Assembly: GCA_963734995.1 (NCBI GenBank)
Contig: CAVTJD010000005.1
Span: forward strand, 462,014-526,013
DNA length: 64,000 nucleotides
Direction of reading: 5' to 3'
Source of the DNA: an uncultured Chloroflexia bacterium
GTDB lineage: Bacteria > Chloroflexota > Limnocylindria > Limnocylindrales > CSP1-4
The translations under genes and the position numbers were made by a program. The first letter of the stretch is position 1; each line of letters begins with the position of its first letter. Under the pieces are notes generated by a model. It did not search any database. It was not told where the DNA came from and saw only the letters and a program-made list of their open reading frames with translations. Below are positions 12,173 through 21,992 of the stretch, piece by piece.

Positions 12173-14965
12173 ATGTCGAGCCCCACCTCCGACCCGCCCA
12201 TCCCGTACCTGCCAGCGGCAGAGATCCGGCACCGGTTCCTCGAGTTCTTCGCCGAGCGGGGCCACACGATCGTGCCCAGCGCCAGCCTGGTGCCGGCGGG
12301 CGATCCCACGCTCCTGTTCACCAACGCCGGCATGGTTCAGTTCAAGGACGCGCTGACCGGGGTGGAGAAGCGCGACTACGTGCGGGCGGTCGACTACCAG
12401 CGGGTGCTGCGGGTGGCTGGCAAGCACAACGACTTCGAGGAGGTCGGCCGGACGCCGCGCCACCACACGCTGTTCGAGATGCTCGGCAACTGGAGCTTCG
12501 GCGACTACTTCAAGCGCGACGCGATCCTGTGGGCGTGGCAGTTCCTGACGCGTGACCTGGGCATCCCGGGCGACCGGCTCGCCGCCACGACGTACACCAC
12601 CGACGATGACGCGTACGCGGTCTGGCGCGACGAGATCGGCCTGCCACCCGAGCGGCTGGTCCGCTGGGGCGACTTCCCCGCCGGTGACGAGAAGAACTGG
12701 TGGCGGATGGGCGACATCGGGCCCTGCGGACCGTGCTCGGAGCTCCATTACGATCGCGGCGCGCACCTGTCCGAGGGACCCGAGTGCGTGCCCGACCACA
12801 GCGAGCAGTGTCCCCGCTGGCTCGAGGTCTGGAACCTGGTGTTCATGGAGTTCGAGCTCCATCCTGACCGGAGCCTGACGCCGCTTCCGGCGCCCGGCGT
12901 CGACACGGGCCTGGGCCTCGAGCGGATCGCATCCGTCGTCCAGGGCGTGGCCAGCAACTACGACACCGACCTGTTCGCGCCGATCCACGCACGGATGCGC
13001 GAGCTGCTGGGCCACGACCCGGAGTCGTTCGAGCAGGAACGCTTCAGCTACCAGGTGATCGCCGACCACTCGCGCGCGGTGACGTTCCTGGTGGCTGACG
13101 GCGTGCTGCCGGCCAACGAGGGTCGCGGCTACGTGCTGCGCCGCATCCTGCGCCGTGCCGTGCGCCATGGCCGCCTCCTGGGCCGGACCGAGCCGTTCCT
13201 GGGCGAGACGGCGAAGGTCGTGATCGACACCATGAGCGACGCCTACCCGCATCTGGCCGAGCGCCGCACGGAGATCCTGGGCGCGATCGAGCGCGAGGAG
13301 CGCCAGTTCAACCGGACGCTCGAGGCCGGGACGGCGATGCTGGAGGAGGCGCTGATCCCGCTGACTTCGGCGGAGCGCGTGGTCGGACGTCAGGCGGACA
13401 CGCTCCCGGCCGATGCGCCGGTGCTGCCGGGCGAGGTCGCGTTCCGGCTCCACGACACCTACGGGTTCCCGGTCGATCTCACGGTCGAGCTCGCGGCCGA
13501 GTACGGGGTGCGGACCGATCTGGCCGGGTTCGAGGACGCGCTGGCCGAGCAACGGGAGCGGAGCCGGAGCGGGACCAGGGCCGAGCTGGCCCGCACGGCG
13601 GAGCTCACCTCGCGCTACAACGGGCTGCTCGGACGGACCGGACCGACCGAGTTCCTGGGCTACGAGACGACGGCGGCGGACGGCCGCGTGGTCGCCATCC
13701 TGCGCGACGGCATCGAATACGAGACACTCGCCGCGGTACCCGAGATCGAGCTCCGCGCCGGCGCGGCGGCACGGGCGGAGCTCATCCTCGATCGCACGCC
13801 GTTCTACGCGGAGAGCGGTGGCCAGGTGGCCGACACGGGCGCGATCCGGACACCCGCCGGCGAGCTGCTGTTCGAGGTCGACGACGTCCAGCGGGTGGCC
13901 GGCACGCAGACCGCGGGTCTCACGGTGCACCGCGGCGTGCTCCACGGCAGGGTGGCCGTCGGTGACACCGTGCGGGCCGAGGTCGACGCCGAGCGGCGCG
14001 CACGGACGATGCGCAACCACACCGGCACTCACCTGCTGCACCGTGCGTTGCGCGACGTGGTGGGGGAGCGGGCGCGCCAGGCGGGCTCGCTCGTGCACCC
14101 CGACTACCTGCGCTTCGACTTCCCGTTCGAGCGCGCGCTGACCACCGAGGAGCTGGCCGCGATCGAGGCCGAGGTCCGGCGGGTCGTGCGCGAGGACCGC
14201 CCGGTCACGATCGAATGGATGACGATGGCCGAGGCCCGGGACGCCGGCGCGGACGCGTTCTTCGATGAGAAGTACGGCGACCGGGTGCGGACCATCCGGG
14301 TCGACGGTTTCAGCCACGAGCTGTGCGGCGGGACCCACTGCGGGGCGAGCGGCCAGGTCGGCAACTTCGTGATCACCGGCGAGCGCAGCATCGGCTCCGG
14401 GATGCGCCGCATCGAGGCCGTGACCGGGGACGGTGCCGACCGCCTCATGGACGAGCGGTTCGCGACGCTCGAGCGGGCGGCGGTCGCGGCGGGCGCGCGC
14501 GGGCCGGAGGCGCTCGAGGAGCGGATCACCGCGCTCCAGGACGAGCTGCGCGAGGCGAAGCGACGGCTCAGGTCCGGCGCGGCCGGCGGGCGGCCGAAGT
14601 CGGGCGATCTGGCGGCGCGCGCCGAGGAGCCCGTGCCCGGCATCCGCTTCGTCGGGTGGAGCGGCGACCTGGAGTCGATCGATGCGCTCAAGAGCCTGGC
14701 CAGGGACGTTCGCGGGGCGCTGCCGAGCGGGATCATCGCGCTTGGGCTGGACGCGGACGAGCCGCAGCTGTTCGTGACCGTGAGCGACGATCTGGTCGAG
14801 CGTGGCATCGCGGCCGGGCGGCTCGTCCAGGAGGCAGTGGCGTCGATCGAGGGACGAGGAGGAGGACGACCGCAGATGGCCCAGGGAAAGGGCACCCATC
14901 GGGAGGGGCTCGGGGAGGCGATCGCGGCCGTGCGTGCCGCGGTGGTCCGGGCCGTGACGGCGTGA
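12173..14965 (+). CDS. alaS: alanine--tRNA ligase
   Basis: The class II AlaRS N-terminus (FLEFFAERGHTIVPSASLVP...FTNAGMVQFKD) is present, as are the editing domain and the C-terminal C-Ala domain. A TACCAT hexamer lies 9 nt before the ATG. Confidence 0.95.
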   Translation: MSSPTSDPPIPYLPAAEIRHRFLEFFAERGHTIVPSASLVPAGDPTLLFTNAGMVQFKDALTGVEKRDYVRAVDYQRVLRVAGKHNDFEEVGRTPRHHTLFEMLGNWSFGDYFKRDAILWAWQFLTRDLGIPGDRLAATTYTTDDDAYAVWRDEIGLPPERLVRWGDFPAGDEKNWWRMGDIGPCGPCSELHYDRGAHLSEGPECVPDHSEQCPRWLEVWNLVFMEFELHPDRSLTPLPAPGVDTGLGLERIASVVQGVASNYDTDLFAPIHARMRELLGHDPESFEQERFSYQVIADHSRAVTFLVADGVLPANEGRGYVLRRILRRAVRHGRLLGRTEPFLGETAKVVIDTMSDAYPHLAERRTEILGAIEREERQFNRTLEAGTAMLEEALIPLTSAERVVGRQADTLPADAPVLPGEVAFRLHDTYGFPVDLTVELAAEYGVRTDLAGFEDALAEQRERSRSGTRAELARTAELTSRYNGLLGRTGPTEFLGYETTAADGRVVAILRDGIEYETLAAVPEIELRAGAAARAELILDRTPFYAESGGQVADTGAIRTPAGELLFEVDDVQRVAGTQTAGLTVHRGVLHGRVAVGDTVRAEVDAERRARTMRNHTGTHLLHRALRDVVGERARQAGSLVHPDYLRFDFPFERALTTEELAAIEAEVRRVVREDRPVTIEWMTMAEARDAGADAFFDEKYGDRVRTIRVDGFSHELCGGTHCGASGQVGNFVITGERSIGSGMRRIEAVTGDGADRLMDERFATLERAAVAAGARGPEALEERITALQDELREAKRRLRSGAAGGRPKSGDLAARAEEPVPGIRFVGWSGDLESIDALKSLARDVRGALPSGIIALGLDADEPQLFVTVSDDLVERGIAAGRLVQEAVASIEGRGGGRPQMAQGKGTHREGLGEAIAAVRAAVVRAVTA

Positions 14966-14994
14966 CCAGCCCGGCCCGGTTCGGGATCGGCTAG

Positions 14995-16257
14995 ATGGCA
15001 TTCCTGCGACGGCTCTGGGCGAGGGACGAGGAACCGGTACCCGCCGCGTGCACGGCGCTCGACATCGGCACCGAGTACGCGAAGGCGCTGGTGTTCGAGA
15101 TCGACGACACCGGACACGGGACCGTGGTCGGGGCCGGGCGCAAGCGCCAGGGTCTGTCGCACATGCAGTCGGGCACGGTGGCGGACATCGCCGCCGTCGT
15201 CGACAACTGCTCGGTCGCGCTCCAGGAGGCCGAGGAGATGGCCGGCTTCCGACCGACGCAGGTCGTGATCGGGATCGCGGGCGAGCTGGTGAAGGGGTTC
15301 ACGACCACGCTCACCCAGGAGCGGAAGAAGCCCGAGCAGGCGATCGCCGATGCGGAGCTGGTGAAGCTCATCGACAGCGTGCAGCGCGAGGCGATCCGCG
15401 AGGCGGAGCGGTCGATCACCTGGGAGACCGGGCTGCCACACGTCGACGTCCGGCTCGTGCACAGCGCGATCGTGGGCGCCTCGATCGACGGCTATGCGCT
15501 GACCAACCCCGTCGGCTTCCAGGGCCGCCACGTGAAGATCGGGATCTTCAACGCGTTCGCGCCGCTGGTCCACCTGGGTGCCCTCCAGTCCGTCGCCAGC
15601 CAGCTGGACCTGGAGCTGCTCGAGGTGGTCGCCGAGCCGTACGCGGTCGCACGCGTGCTGGGCGCCGAGCAGGTTCGCCAGGCGGGCGCGCTGTTCATCG
15701 ATGTCGGCGGCGGGACCACGGACGTGGCGCTGGTACGGCAGGGCGGGATCGAGGGCACGCGCATGTTCGCCCTGGGCGGCCGCGCGTTCACCAAGTCGAT
15801 CGCCGACCGGCTCGATCTGCCGTTCCCGCGGGCCGAGGCCCTCAAGGTCGACTACGCCCGCGGGCTGGACATCGAGCAGCGCAGCGAGATCGCCGAGATC
15901 GTCCGCGACGACGTGGCCGTGTGGGCCGCCGGCGTGGAGCTGGTGATGGAGGAGCTGGCTGCGGGCGAGATGCTGCCGTCGCGGATCCATCTCTGTGGCG
16001 GCGGCTCGCGCCTGCCCGAGGTCCGCGAGGCGCTCGCGTCCGAGCGGTTCTGGAAGCGCCTGTCGTTCGCCCGGCCGCCCGAGGTCTCGATCATGTCGCC
16101 CGACCAGATCGAGACCATCTCGGATGCGACCGACCTGCTGGTCGATCAGCAGGACGTGACCCCGCTGGGTCTCGCCTACCAGGCGATCGAGCTCCACACG
16201 ACCGAGGATCCGCTCGATGCCGCGCTGCGCCGCGTGCTGCGCGCGATGAAGGTCTAG
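14995..16257 (+). CDS. actin/HSP70-fold ATPase, FtsA/PilM-like
   Basis: It has two actin-like phosphate motifs (ALDIGTEYAKALVFE; LFIDVGGGTTDVALV) and an FtsA-like C-terminal half (IHLCGGGSRLPEV). Confidence 0.7.
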   Translation: MAFLRRLWARDEEPVPAACTALDIGTEYAKALVFEIDDTGHGTVVGAGRKRQGLSHMQSGTVADIAAVVDNCSVALQEAEEMAGFRPTQVVIGIAGELVKGFTTTLTQERKKPEQAIADAELVKLIDSVQREAIREAERSITWETGLPHVDVRLVHSAIVGASIDGYALTNPVGFQGRHVKIGIFNAFAPLVHLGALQSVASQLDLELLEVVAEPYAVARVLGAEQVRQAGALFIDVGGGTTDVALVRQGGIEGTRMFALGGRAFTKSIADRLDLPFPRAEALKVDYARGLDIEQRSEIAEIVRDDVAVWAAGVELVMEELAAGEMLPSRIHLCGGGSRLPEVREALASERFWKRLSFARPPEVSIMSPDQIETISDATDLLVDQQDVTPLGLAYQAIELHTTEDPLDAALRRVLRAMKV

Positions 16258-16378
16258 GCGGATGCCCGCTCGCCCGCCCGTGGCGGCGTCCATGGAGGCC
16301 CCGGCGGGCCATCGTCGGCGGGCGGCGCAGCGGGTTCGACCGGCGGATCGCCGCCGGTCGGGGTAGGCTCGGGCCGGC

Positions 16379-18163
16379 ATGGCCACCATCGTCTATCTCG
16401 ACGCCGAGGACGAGATCACCTCGGCCGCCTCGCGAATCCGCGAGGCGGCCGATGCACGCGTCGGCCTGGTGCTCCCGTTCGGCTCACGCGTCGCGACCTC
16501 GCGGATCAACTTCCGGCTGCTGGCCCGGGAGGCGATGGACAGGGAGCGGCGCCTGGACATCATCGCGCCCGATGCGTCGGCACGCGCCCTGGCCGCCTCG
16601 GCCGGCCTGCCGGTGTTCGCATCGGTCGCCGAGTACGAGCAGGCGCTCGAGGGCGGCGACGCCGCGACGGCGGCCGGTGCGGCGGCTGCCGCGACCGGCG
16701 CGTTCGCGACCGGTGCAGCGATGGGCGGAGCCGCTGACGCGTCATCGCCCAGCGTCCCGGATGGCGGCACGGCCGACCGTGCCGCCGACACGCAGCCGCC
16801 CGACGCAGGATCCGCGGCCGTCGAGACCGAGACCGGCCGCGGCTACCGCGACCTGCCGATCGCCCGACCGGGACGCCGCGTTCCCGTGCGCGCGCTGCTG
16901 ATCGCGCTCCTTGTCGTGCTCGTGCTCGGCGGAGGCGTCGCTGTCGGCGGGTATCTGCTGCTGCCATCGGCGGAGATCACCATCACGCCGCACATCGAGC
17001 CGGTCGGTCCGATCTCGTTCGATGTCCACGCCGACCCGTCGGCGACCTCGGTCGACGCGGAGGCGGGCGTCATCCCCGCGCAGACGCTGACGATCCCCGT
17101 CTCGTCAGAGGGCGAGTTCCCGGCGACCGGGAAGCGGGTCGAGCAGACGGCAGCCCAGGGTGGCGTGCGCTGGACCAACTGCGACCCGACCGCGGCCTAC
17201 ACGATCCCGGCCGGCACCGTGGTCAAGACATCCGATGGTATCGGGTTCACGACCGACGAGCAGGTGTTCCTGCCGGTAGCAGCGCTGAGCGGGACGCCGC
17301 CCAATGTCAAGGTGAAATGCCAGACGAGCGAGGTCAGCGTGACGGCGGCCAAGGACGGCCCCGACGGCAACGTCGATGCGGGCGCGATCAAGGTCGTGCC
17401 GGCACGCTACAACCGCACCGTGATCAGTGTCACCAACCCCGCCGCCACCAAGGGTGGCAGCCGCACCGAGTTCGCCAGGATCAAGCAGGCGGATGTGGAC
17501 GCGGCGGTCGAGCAGCTGACCAAGGACATCGAGGCCCAGTTCGCCGCCGAGGTCGAGAACCCCTCACGGGTGCCGCCCGGCACCACGGCCTTCCCCGACA
17601 CCGCGGTCCTCGGTGACCCTGCTCCCGAGGTCGATCCGGCCACGCTGGTGGGTCAGGAGGTCGACTCGTTCACGCTCCGGATGACCGCGCAGGGGACCGT
17701 GCTCGCGGTCGACCCGGCCCCGGTGGAGTCGATCGCGCGCCAGCGCCTGAACGATCAGGTCGACGCGGGCTATGACCTCGTCGATGGCTCGACGACCGTG
17801 GAGGTCGGTGACGGCGAGGTGGTCGGGGGGGTGGTGACGTTCCCCGTCACCGGATCGGCCAGGGAGCTCCGCCCGGTCGACGGCCCGGCGCTGGAGGCCC
17901 AGGTGCTGGGCCTGTCCGAGGAGGATGCCCGCAACCTGCTCAGTCCCTACGGCGACGTGACGATCGTGCTGTGGCCCGACTGGGTGCATGCCGTGCCCTC
18001 GATCGACCAGCGGGTCACGCTCACGGTCAACGATCCGGTGGACACCGGCCCGTTGGCTTCGCCGGCTGCCTCGGCGTCGCCCGCCTCCGAGCCGCCGGCG
18101 TCGCCCGCATCGGCGTCGCCCGAGGGCGTGGTCGAAGGTCAGCCGGTACCATCCGCCGGATGA
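16379..18163 (+). CDS. single-pass membrane protein: ~170-aa cytoplasmic N-domain, TM helix, large beta-rich extracytoplasmic domain, Pro/Ala/Ser-rich tail
   Basis: A TM segment (LLIALLVVLVLGGGVAVGGYLLL) follows the N-terminal domain. No known family is recognised. The stop overlaps the ruvX start (ATGA). Confidence 0.6.
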   Translation: MATIVYLDAEDEITSAASRIREAADARVGLVLPFGSRVATSRINFRLLAREAMDRERRLDIIAPDASARALAASAGLPVFASVAEYEQALEGGDAATAAGAAAAATGAFATGAAMGGAADASSPSVPDGGTADRAADTQPPDAGSAAVETETGRGYRDLPIARPGRRVPVRALLIALLVVLVLGGGVAVGGYLLLPSAEITITPHIEPVGPISFDVHADPSATSVDAEAGVIPAQTLTIPVSSEGEFPATGKRVEQTAAQGGVRWTNCDPTAAYTIPAGTVVKTSDGIGFTTDEQVFLPVAALSGTPPNVKVKCQTSEVSVTAAKDGPDGNVDAGAIKVVPARYNRTVISVTNPAATKGGSRTEFARIKQADVDAAVEQLTKDIEAQFAAEVENPSRVPPGTTAFPDTAVLGDPAPEVDPATLVGQEVDSFTLRMTAQGTVLAVDPAPVESIARQRLNDQVDAGYDLVDGSTTVEVGDGEVVGGVVTFPVTGSARELRPVDGPALEAQVLGLSEEDARNLLSPYGDVTIVLWPDWVHAVPSIDQRVTLTVNDPVDTGPLASPAASASPASEPPASPASASPEGVVEGQPVPSAG

Positions 18164-18646
18164 GCCGCATCCTGGGCATCGACCTCGGCACGCGACGCAT
18201 CGGTCTGGCGGTCGCTGACGCGGGCATCGGCATCGCCACCCCGCTGACCACCATCCCGCGCGGCTCATCGTCCCATGGCCGATGCCGAGGCGATCGGCCG
18301 GATCTGCGACCGGCAGCAGGTCACAGAGCTCATCGTCGGGCTCCCGATCGATGCCGGCGGCGACGAGGGATCGATGGCGATCGCGGCCCGCGCCTGGGCG
18401 GATGAGATCGGCGGGCTCACCGGCTTGCCGGTCACGCTCCGTGACGAGCGATTGTCCTCGTTCGAGGCCGAGCGCCGGCTGGGTCGCATGCCCCGCGGCC
18501 GGTCGGGAGGACCTCCGTCGCGCGCCCAGCGCAACGCCTTTCGGGCACGGATCGATCGCGAGGCCGCGGCCATCATCCTGCAGGACGAGCTCGACGGTCG
18601 GCGCGCCGCGGCGACCGTCGCCGGTGCGCCGCCGGAGGGTCGGTGA
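18160..18646 (+). CDS. ruvX: Holliday junction resolvase-like RuvX/YqgF, interrupted by a +1 frameshift near 18265-18277
   Basis: The N-terminus MSRILGIDLGTRRIGLAVAD...PLTTIPRG is in one frame. The remainder (ADAEAIGRICDRQQVTELIVGLPIDAGGDEGSMA...DERLSS) is in the +1 frame. Removing one C from a CCC run restores the frame. Confidence 0.8.
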
Positions 18647-20049
18647 GCGTTCGCGGGGGGCGGCCCCCGCGGGACCAGTACGGCCGCGAGCCCCAGGCGA
18701 CGCCGATCCATTCCCCGGCACCGACGCGCCAGACGAACCCCTACCGGCGCACCGGCCGCTACGGACGCGGACCGGGCGACCAGCGGCGGTACTCGGCCTA
18801 CGGTGACGGGAACGGGGGCCTGGGAGGTGTTCTTCGCTTCCTCGTGTTCCTGGTCGTGCTGTCGGCCGCGGTGCTGGTCCTGATGGCCACCGTCGCCCGA
18901 CCGCTCGTCCGTGCGGTGATCGTGCCGTGGGCCTGGGACAATCCGGGCGCCCTGCAGATCGGGTTCGTATCCGACCTCGTTCGCGAGGACCTCGGCCCGG
19001 CGCTCACCGATCCCGCCGGCACGGATCCCACGATCGTGGAGTTCACCGTCGAGTCCGGTGATACCCCGGCCACGCTCGCGCCGAGGCTGGAGGAGGCGGG
19101 GATCATCCGGAGCCAGCGCGCCTTCCTCTACCTCGCCCGGCAGGACGACCTCACGCCCAGGCTCACCGCCGGGCGGTTCTCGCTCGCCCTCAACCTCACG
19201 CCCGGCCAGGTGGTGAACGGGCTGGTCGAGAACCGGATCGTGGTCCAGACGGTCCCGGTCACCTTCCGCGAGGGCCTGCGGGTCGAGCAGATGACCGCGA
19301 AGCTGGAGACGCTCTCGGGCACGAGCGTGGATCCCAAGACCTTCTATGACCTCGCGATGCACCCCACCGACGAGCTGCTGGGCGACTACCCGTGGCTGCT
19401 CGACACGTCGGTCCGGCCCAAGGGCGCCTCGCTCGAGGGTTTCCTCTATCCGGCGACCTACGACCTGCGCGTCGGCGACTCGAAGGCCACGACGGCCGAG
19501 GACCTGATCCGGATGATGCTCGACGCGTTCTACGCGCGGGTGGGCCAGGACCGGCTGGACGTTCCCGAATCACGGGGGCTCAGCTTCCATGAGGTGCTGA
19601 CGCTGGCCTCGATCGTGGAGCGGGAGGCGGTGGTCGATGAGGAGCGGCCGCTCATCGCGGGCGTTTACCAGAACCGCCTCAACCGGAAGAAGTGGCCGAC
19701 GGGCCTGCTCCAGTCCGATCCGACGATCTTCTACACCAACGACACGCTGCAGCTGGACAAGCTCGCCTTCGAGAAATGGCCGACCTACGTGTTCTGGGAC
19801 ACGCTCAAGGAGCAGCTGCCCGTACCGCTCCCCGACGCGCTGGCCGGCTACAACACCTACACGAGCAAGGGGCTGCCGCCCGGTCCGATCTGCTCCCCGT
19901 CGCTGCCCTCGATCGAGGCCGCGCTGCAGCCGAACACCAAGACCGGCTACCTGTTCTTCATCGCGAAGGGGGACGGCAGCGGGACGAGCGCGTTCGCGAA
20001 GACGAAGGCGCAGCACGACAAGAACGTTGCCAAGTATGGCGGCAACTGA
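18643..20049 (+). CDS. mltG: endolytic murein transglycosylase MltG (YceG family)
   Basis: It has an N-terminal TM helix and a YceG domain. The GTG start overlaps the ruvX stop (GTGA). Confidence 0.85.
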   Translation: MSVRGGRPPRDQYGREPQATPIHSPAPTRQTNPYRRTGRYGRGPGDQRRYSAYGDGNGGLGGVLRFLVFLVVLSAAVLVLMATVARPLVRAVIVPWAWDNPGALQIGFVSDLVREDLGPALTDPAGTDPTIVEFTVESGDTPATLAPRLEEAGIIRSQRAFLYLARQDDLTPRLTAGRFSLALNLTPGQVVNGLVENRIVVQTVPVTFREGLRVEQMTAKLETLSGTSVDPKTFYDLAMHPTDELLGDYPWLLDTSVRPKGASLEGFLYPATYDLRVGDSKATTAEDLIRMMLDAFYARVGQDRLDVPESRGLSFHEVLTLASIVEREAVVDEERPLIAGVYQNRLNRKKWPTGLLQSDPTIFYTNDTLQLDKLAFEKWPTYVFWDTLKEQLPVPLPDALAGYNTYTSKGLPPGPICSPSLPSIEAALQPNTKTGYLFFIAKGDGSGTSAFAKTKAQHDKNVAKYGGN

Positions 20050-20059
20050 CCGCCGATCG

Positions 20060-21292
20060 ATGACCACACGAGTGCTGCCGCACCCGGCCGATTTCGCGGC
20101 GCCGCCCGACGTCGCCACCCGTCGCGGCTGGCTGGAGGCGGACGCGGCCGCCCGTCCGGCGCGTCTGGCGGCGCTGCGCGAGCGGATGACCGCGGAGGGC
20201 GTCGAGGTCTACCTCGGCGCGCGCCGCGAGCACATGCGCTGGCTGACCGGGTTCGCGCTGGCCGAGGGCGAGGAGAAGGTCGCCGGTCACTCGGGGCAGT
20301 TCCTGGTCGGGGCCGAGGCGGTGATCGTCGTCACGGACTCTCGCTACACGGTCCAGGCGCGACGGGAGGCGCCCGACGCCTCGGTCGAGGAGATCGGCTA
20401 CGACCTGGCAGCTGCCTGGCCGGGGCTCCTGGAACGGCTCGGCGGACGCCGGGTCGCCGTCGAGGCGGCAGCCGTGTCGCATGCCCTCTGGCGCCGCCTC
20501 GAGGCCGCCGCCCCGACGGTGGAGCTCGTCCCAGCGGATGGCTGGCTGGAAGGGCCGCGAGCGGTCAAGACGGACGCCGAGCTGGAGCGGGTGGCCGCCG
20601 CCGCGGCCGTCGCCGACAGGGCCCTCGCGGCGCTGCTGCCGGAGATCCGCGCGGGCGTCACCGAGCATGACCTCGCGCTCCGCCTGGAGTGGCTGATGCG
20701 CACCGGCGGCGCCGAGGCCCTGGCGTTCGACGTCGCCTGCCTGGCCGGTCCCGAGGCGGCGCTGCCCCACGGCTCACCCGGCGAGCGGCCCGTCCTCGTC
20801 AATGCCGTCCTGCTGTTCGATTTCGGCGCCCAGGTCGAGGGTTACCGCAGCGACATGACGCGCACCCTGTTCGTGGGTGAGCCGACGGCCCGCGATCTCG
20901 ACCTGTACGACCTCGTCGCGAGGGCGCAGCAGGCATCGATCGATGCGGTGACCGCCTCGGTCGCCCGGGCGCGAGCCGGGGAGCCGATGGTGTCCGGCCG
21001 CGCGGCCGATGCGGCCGCGCGGCAGGTGATCGAGGCCGCCGGCCACGCCGCCCATTTCGGTCATGGCGTGGGTCACGGGATCGGGCTGGCGACCCACGAG
21101 CAGCCGAGCCTGTCGCCGTCGGCATCCGACGAGCCGCTGCCCAGCCCCACCGTGTTCTCGGTGGAGCCCGGCGTGTACCTGCCGGGCGAGACGGGGGTGC
21201 GGATCGAGGATCTGCTCCACGTCGACGTGGCGCGCGGCGTTGCGCAGCGCGTCACGGCGTTTCCGCGTGACGTCCTGGTGCTGCCCGCCTGA
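20060..21292 (+). CDS. M24 family Xaa-Pro aminopeptidase
   Basis: It has a creatinase N-domain and M24 motifs (HGVGHGIGLATHE). Confidence 0.85.
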   Translation: MTTRVLPHPADFAAPPDVATRRGWLEADAAARPARLAALRERMTAEGVEVYLGARREHMRWLTGFALAEGEEKVAGHSGQFLVGAEAVIVVTDSRYTVQARREAPDASVEEIGYDLAAAWPGLLERLGGRRVAVEAAAVSHALWRRLEAAAPTVELVPADGWLEGPRAVKTDAELERVAAAAAVADRALAALLPEIRAGVTEHDLALRLEWLMRTGGAEALAFDVACLAGPEAALPHGSPGERPVLVNAVLLFDFGAQVEGYRSDMTRTLFVGEPTARDLDLYDLVARAQQASIDAVTASVARARAGEPMVSGRAADAAARQVIEAAGHAAHFGHGVGHGIGLATHEQPSLSPSASDEPLPSPTVFSVEPGVYLPGETGVRIEDLLHVDVARGVAQRVTAFPRDVLVLPA

Positions 21293-21413
21293 GCGGGACG
21301 GGCTGAGCGTCGGGGCATCGGGCTCTGGTAGCATCCCGGGACACGCAATCGATCCCGCGCGGGAGCTCGCACGCTTCGCGAACCGCTCGCCGCGACACCG
21401 GAGCAGCCATCTC

Positions 21414-21971
21414 ATGATCAGCACCGGCGATCTGCGCAAGGGCGTCGTCATCGAGCTCGACGGCGACCTGTGGCAGATCCTCGACTACCACCACATCAAG
21501 ATGGGCCGCGGCTCGGCCCAGGTCCGGATCAAGCTGCGCAACGTCAAGAAGGGCAGCACGGTCGAGAAGTCGTTCCAGGCCGGTGACCGCTGGCCGCGTG
21601 CGCAGATCGACAAGCGCCCCGTCCAGTTCCTGTACCGCGATGGCGACGAGTTCCACTTCATGGAGACCGAGTCGTACGAGCAGTTCAGCCTGGGGGCCGA
21701 CCAGCTCGATGATGCCGTGGGCTTTCTCAAGGACGGCATGATGCTCGACCGGACCAGCTACCAGGGGGAGACGCTGGGCGTCGAGCTGCCGGTGACCGTG
21801 GACCTGGTCGTGGCCGAGACCGACCCCGGCTTTGCCGGCGACACCGCCCAGGGTGCGCGCAAGAACGCGACCATGGAGACCGGGCTGGTCGTGACCGTGC
21901 CCCTGTTCGTCAATCAGGGCGACACGCTGCGGATCGATACCAGGACGGGCGAATACCAGACCCGTCTGTAG
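21414..21971 (+). CDS. efp: elongation factor P (Arg at the loop-tip modification position)
   Basis: The 185-aa protein aligns full length with EF-P. The loop HIKMGRGSAQVR aligns with E. coli FVKPGKGQAFAR, putting R where K34 sits. Confidence 0.9.
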   Translation: MISTGDLRKGVVIELDGDLWQILDYHHIKMGRGSAQVRIKLRNVKKGSTVEKSFQAGDRWPRAQIDKRPVQFLYRDGDEFHFMETESYEQFSLGADQLDDAVGFLKDGMMLDRTSYQGETLGVELPVTVDLVVAETDPGFAGDTAQGARKNATMETGLVVTVPLFVNQGDTLRIDTRTGEYQTRL

Positions 21972-21992
21972 CGCCCCGGGCGCGAAGGCCCG

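Noticed and set aside
21972-21992. Short GC hairpins (GCGCC-CCG-GGCGC; GGCC-n5-GGCC) between convergent efp and the ATP-grasp gene as a bidirectional terminator
   Set aside because: Stems are only 4-5 bp with very short loops and no U-tract. The evidence is too weak to annotate.
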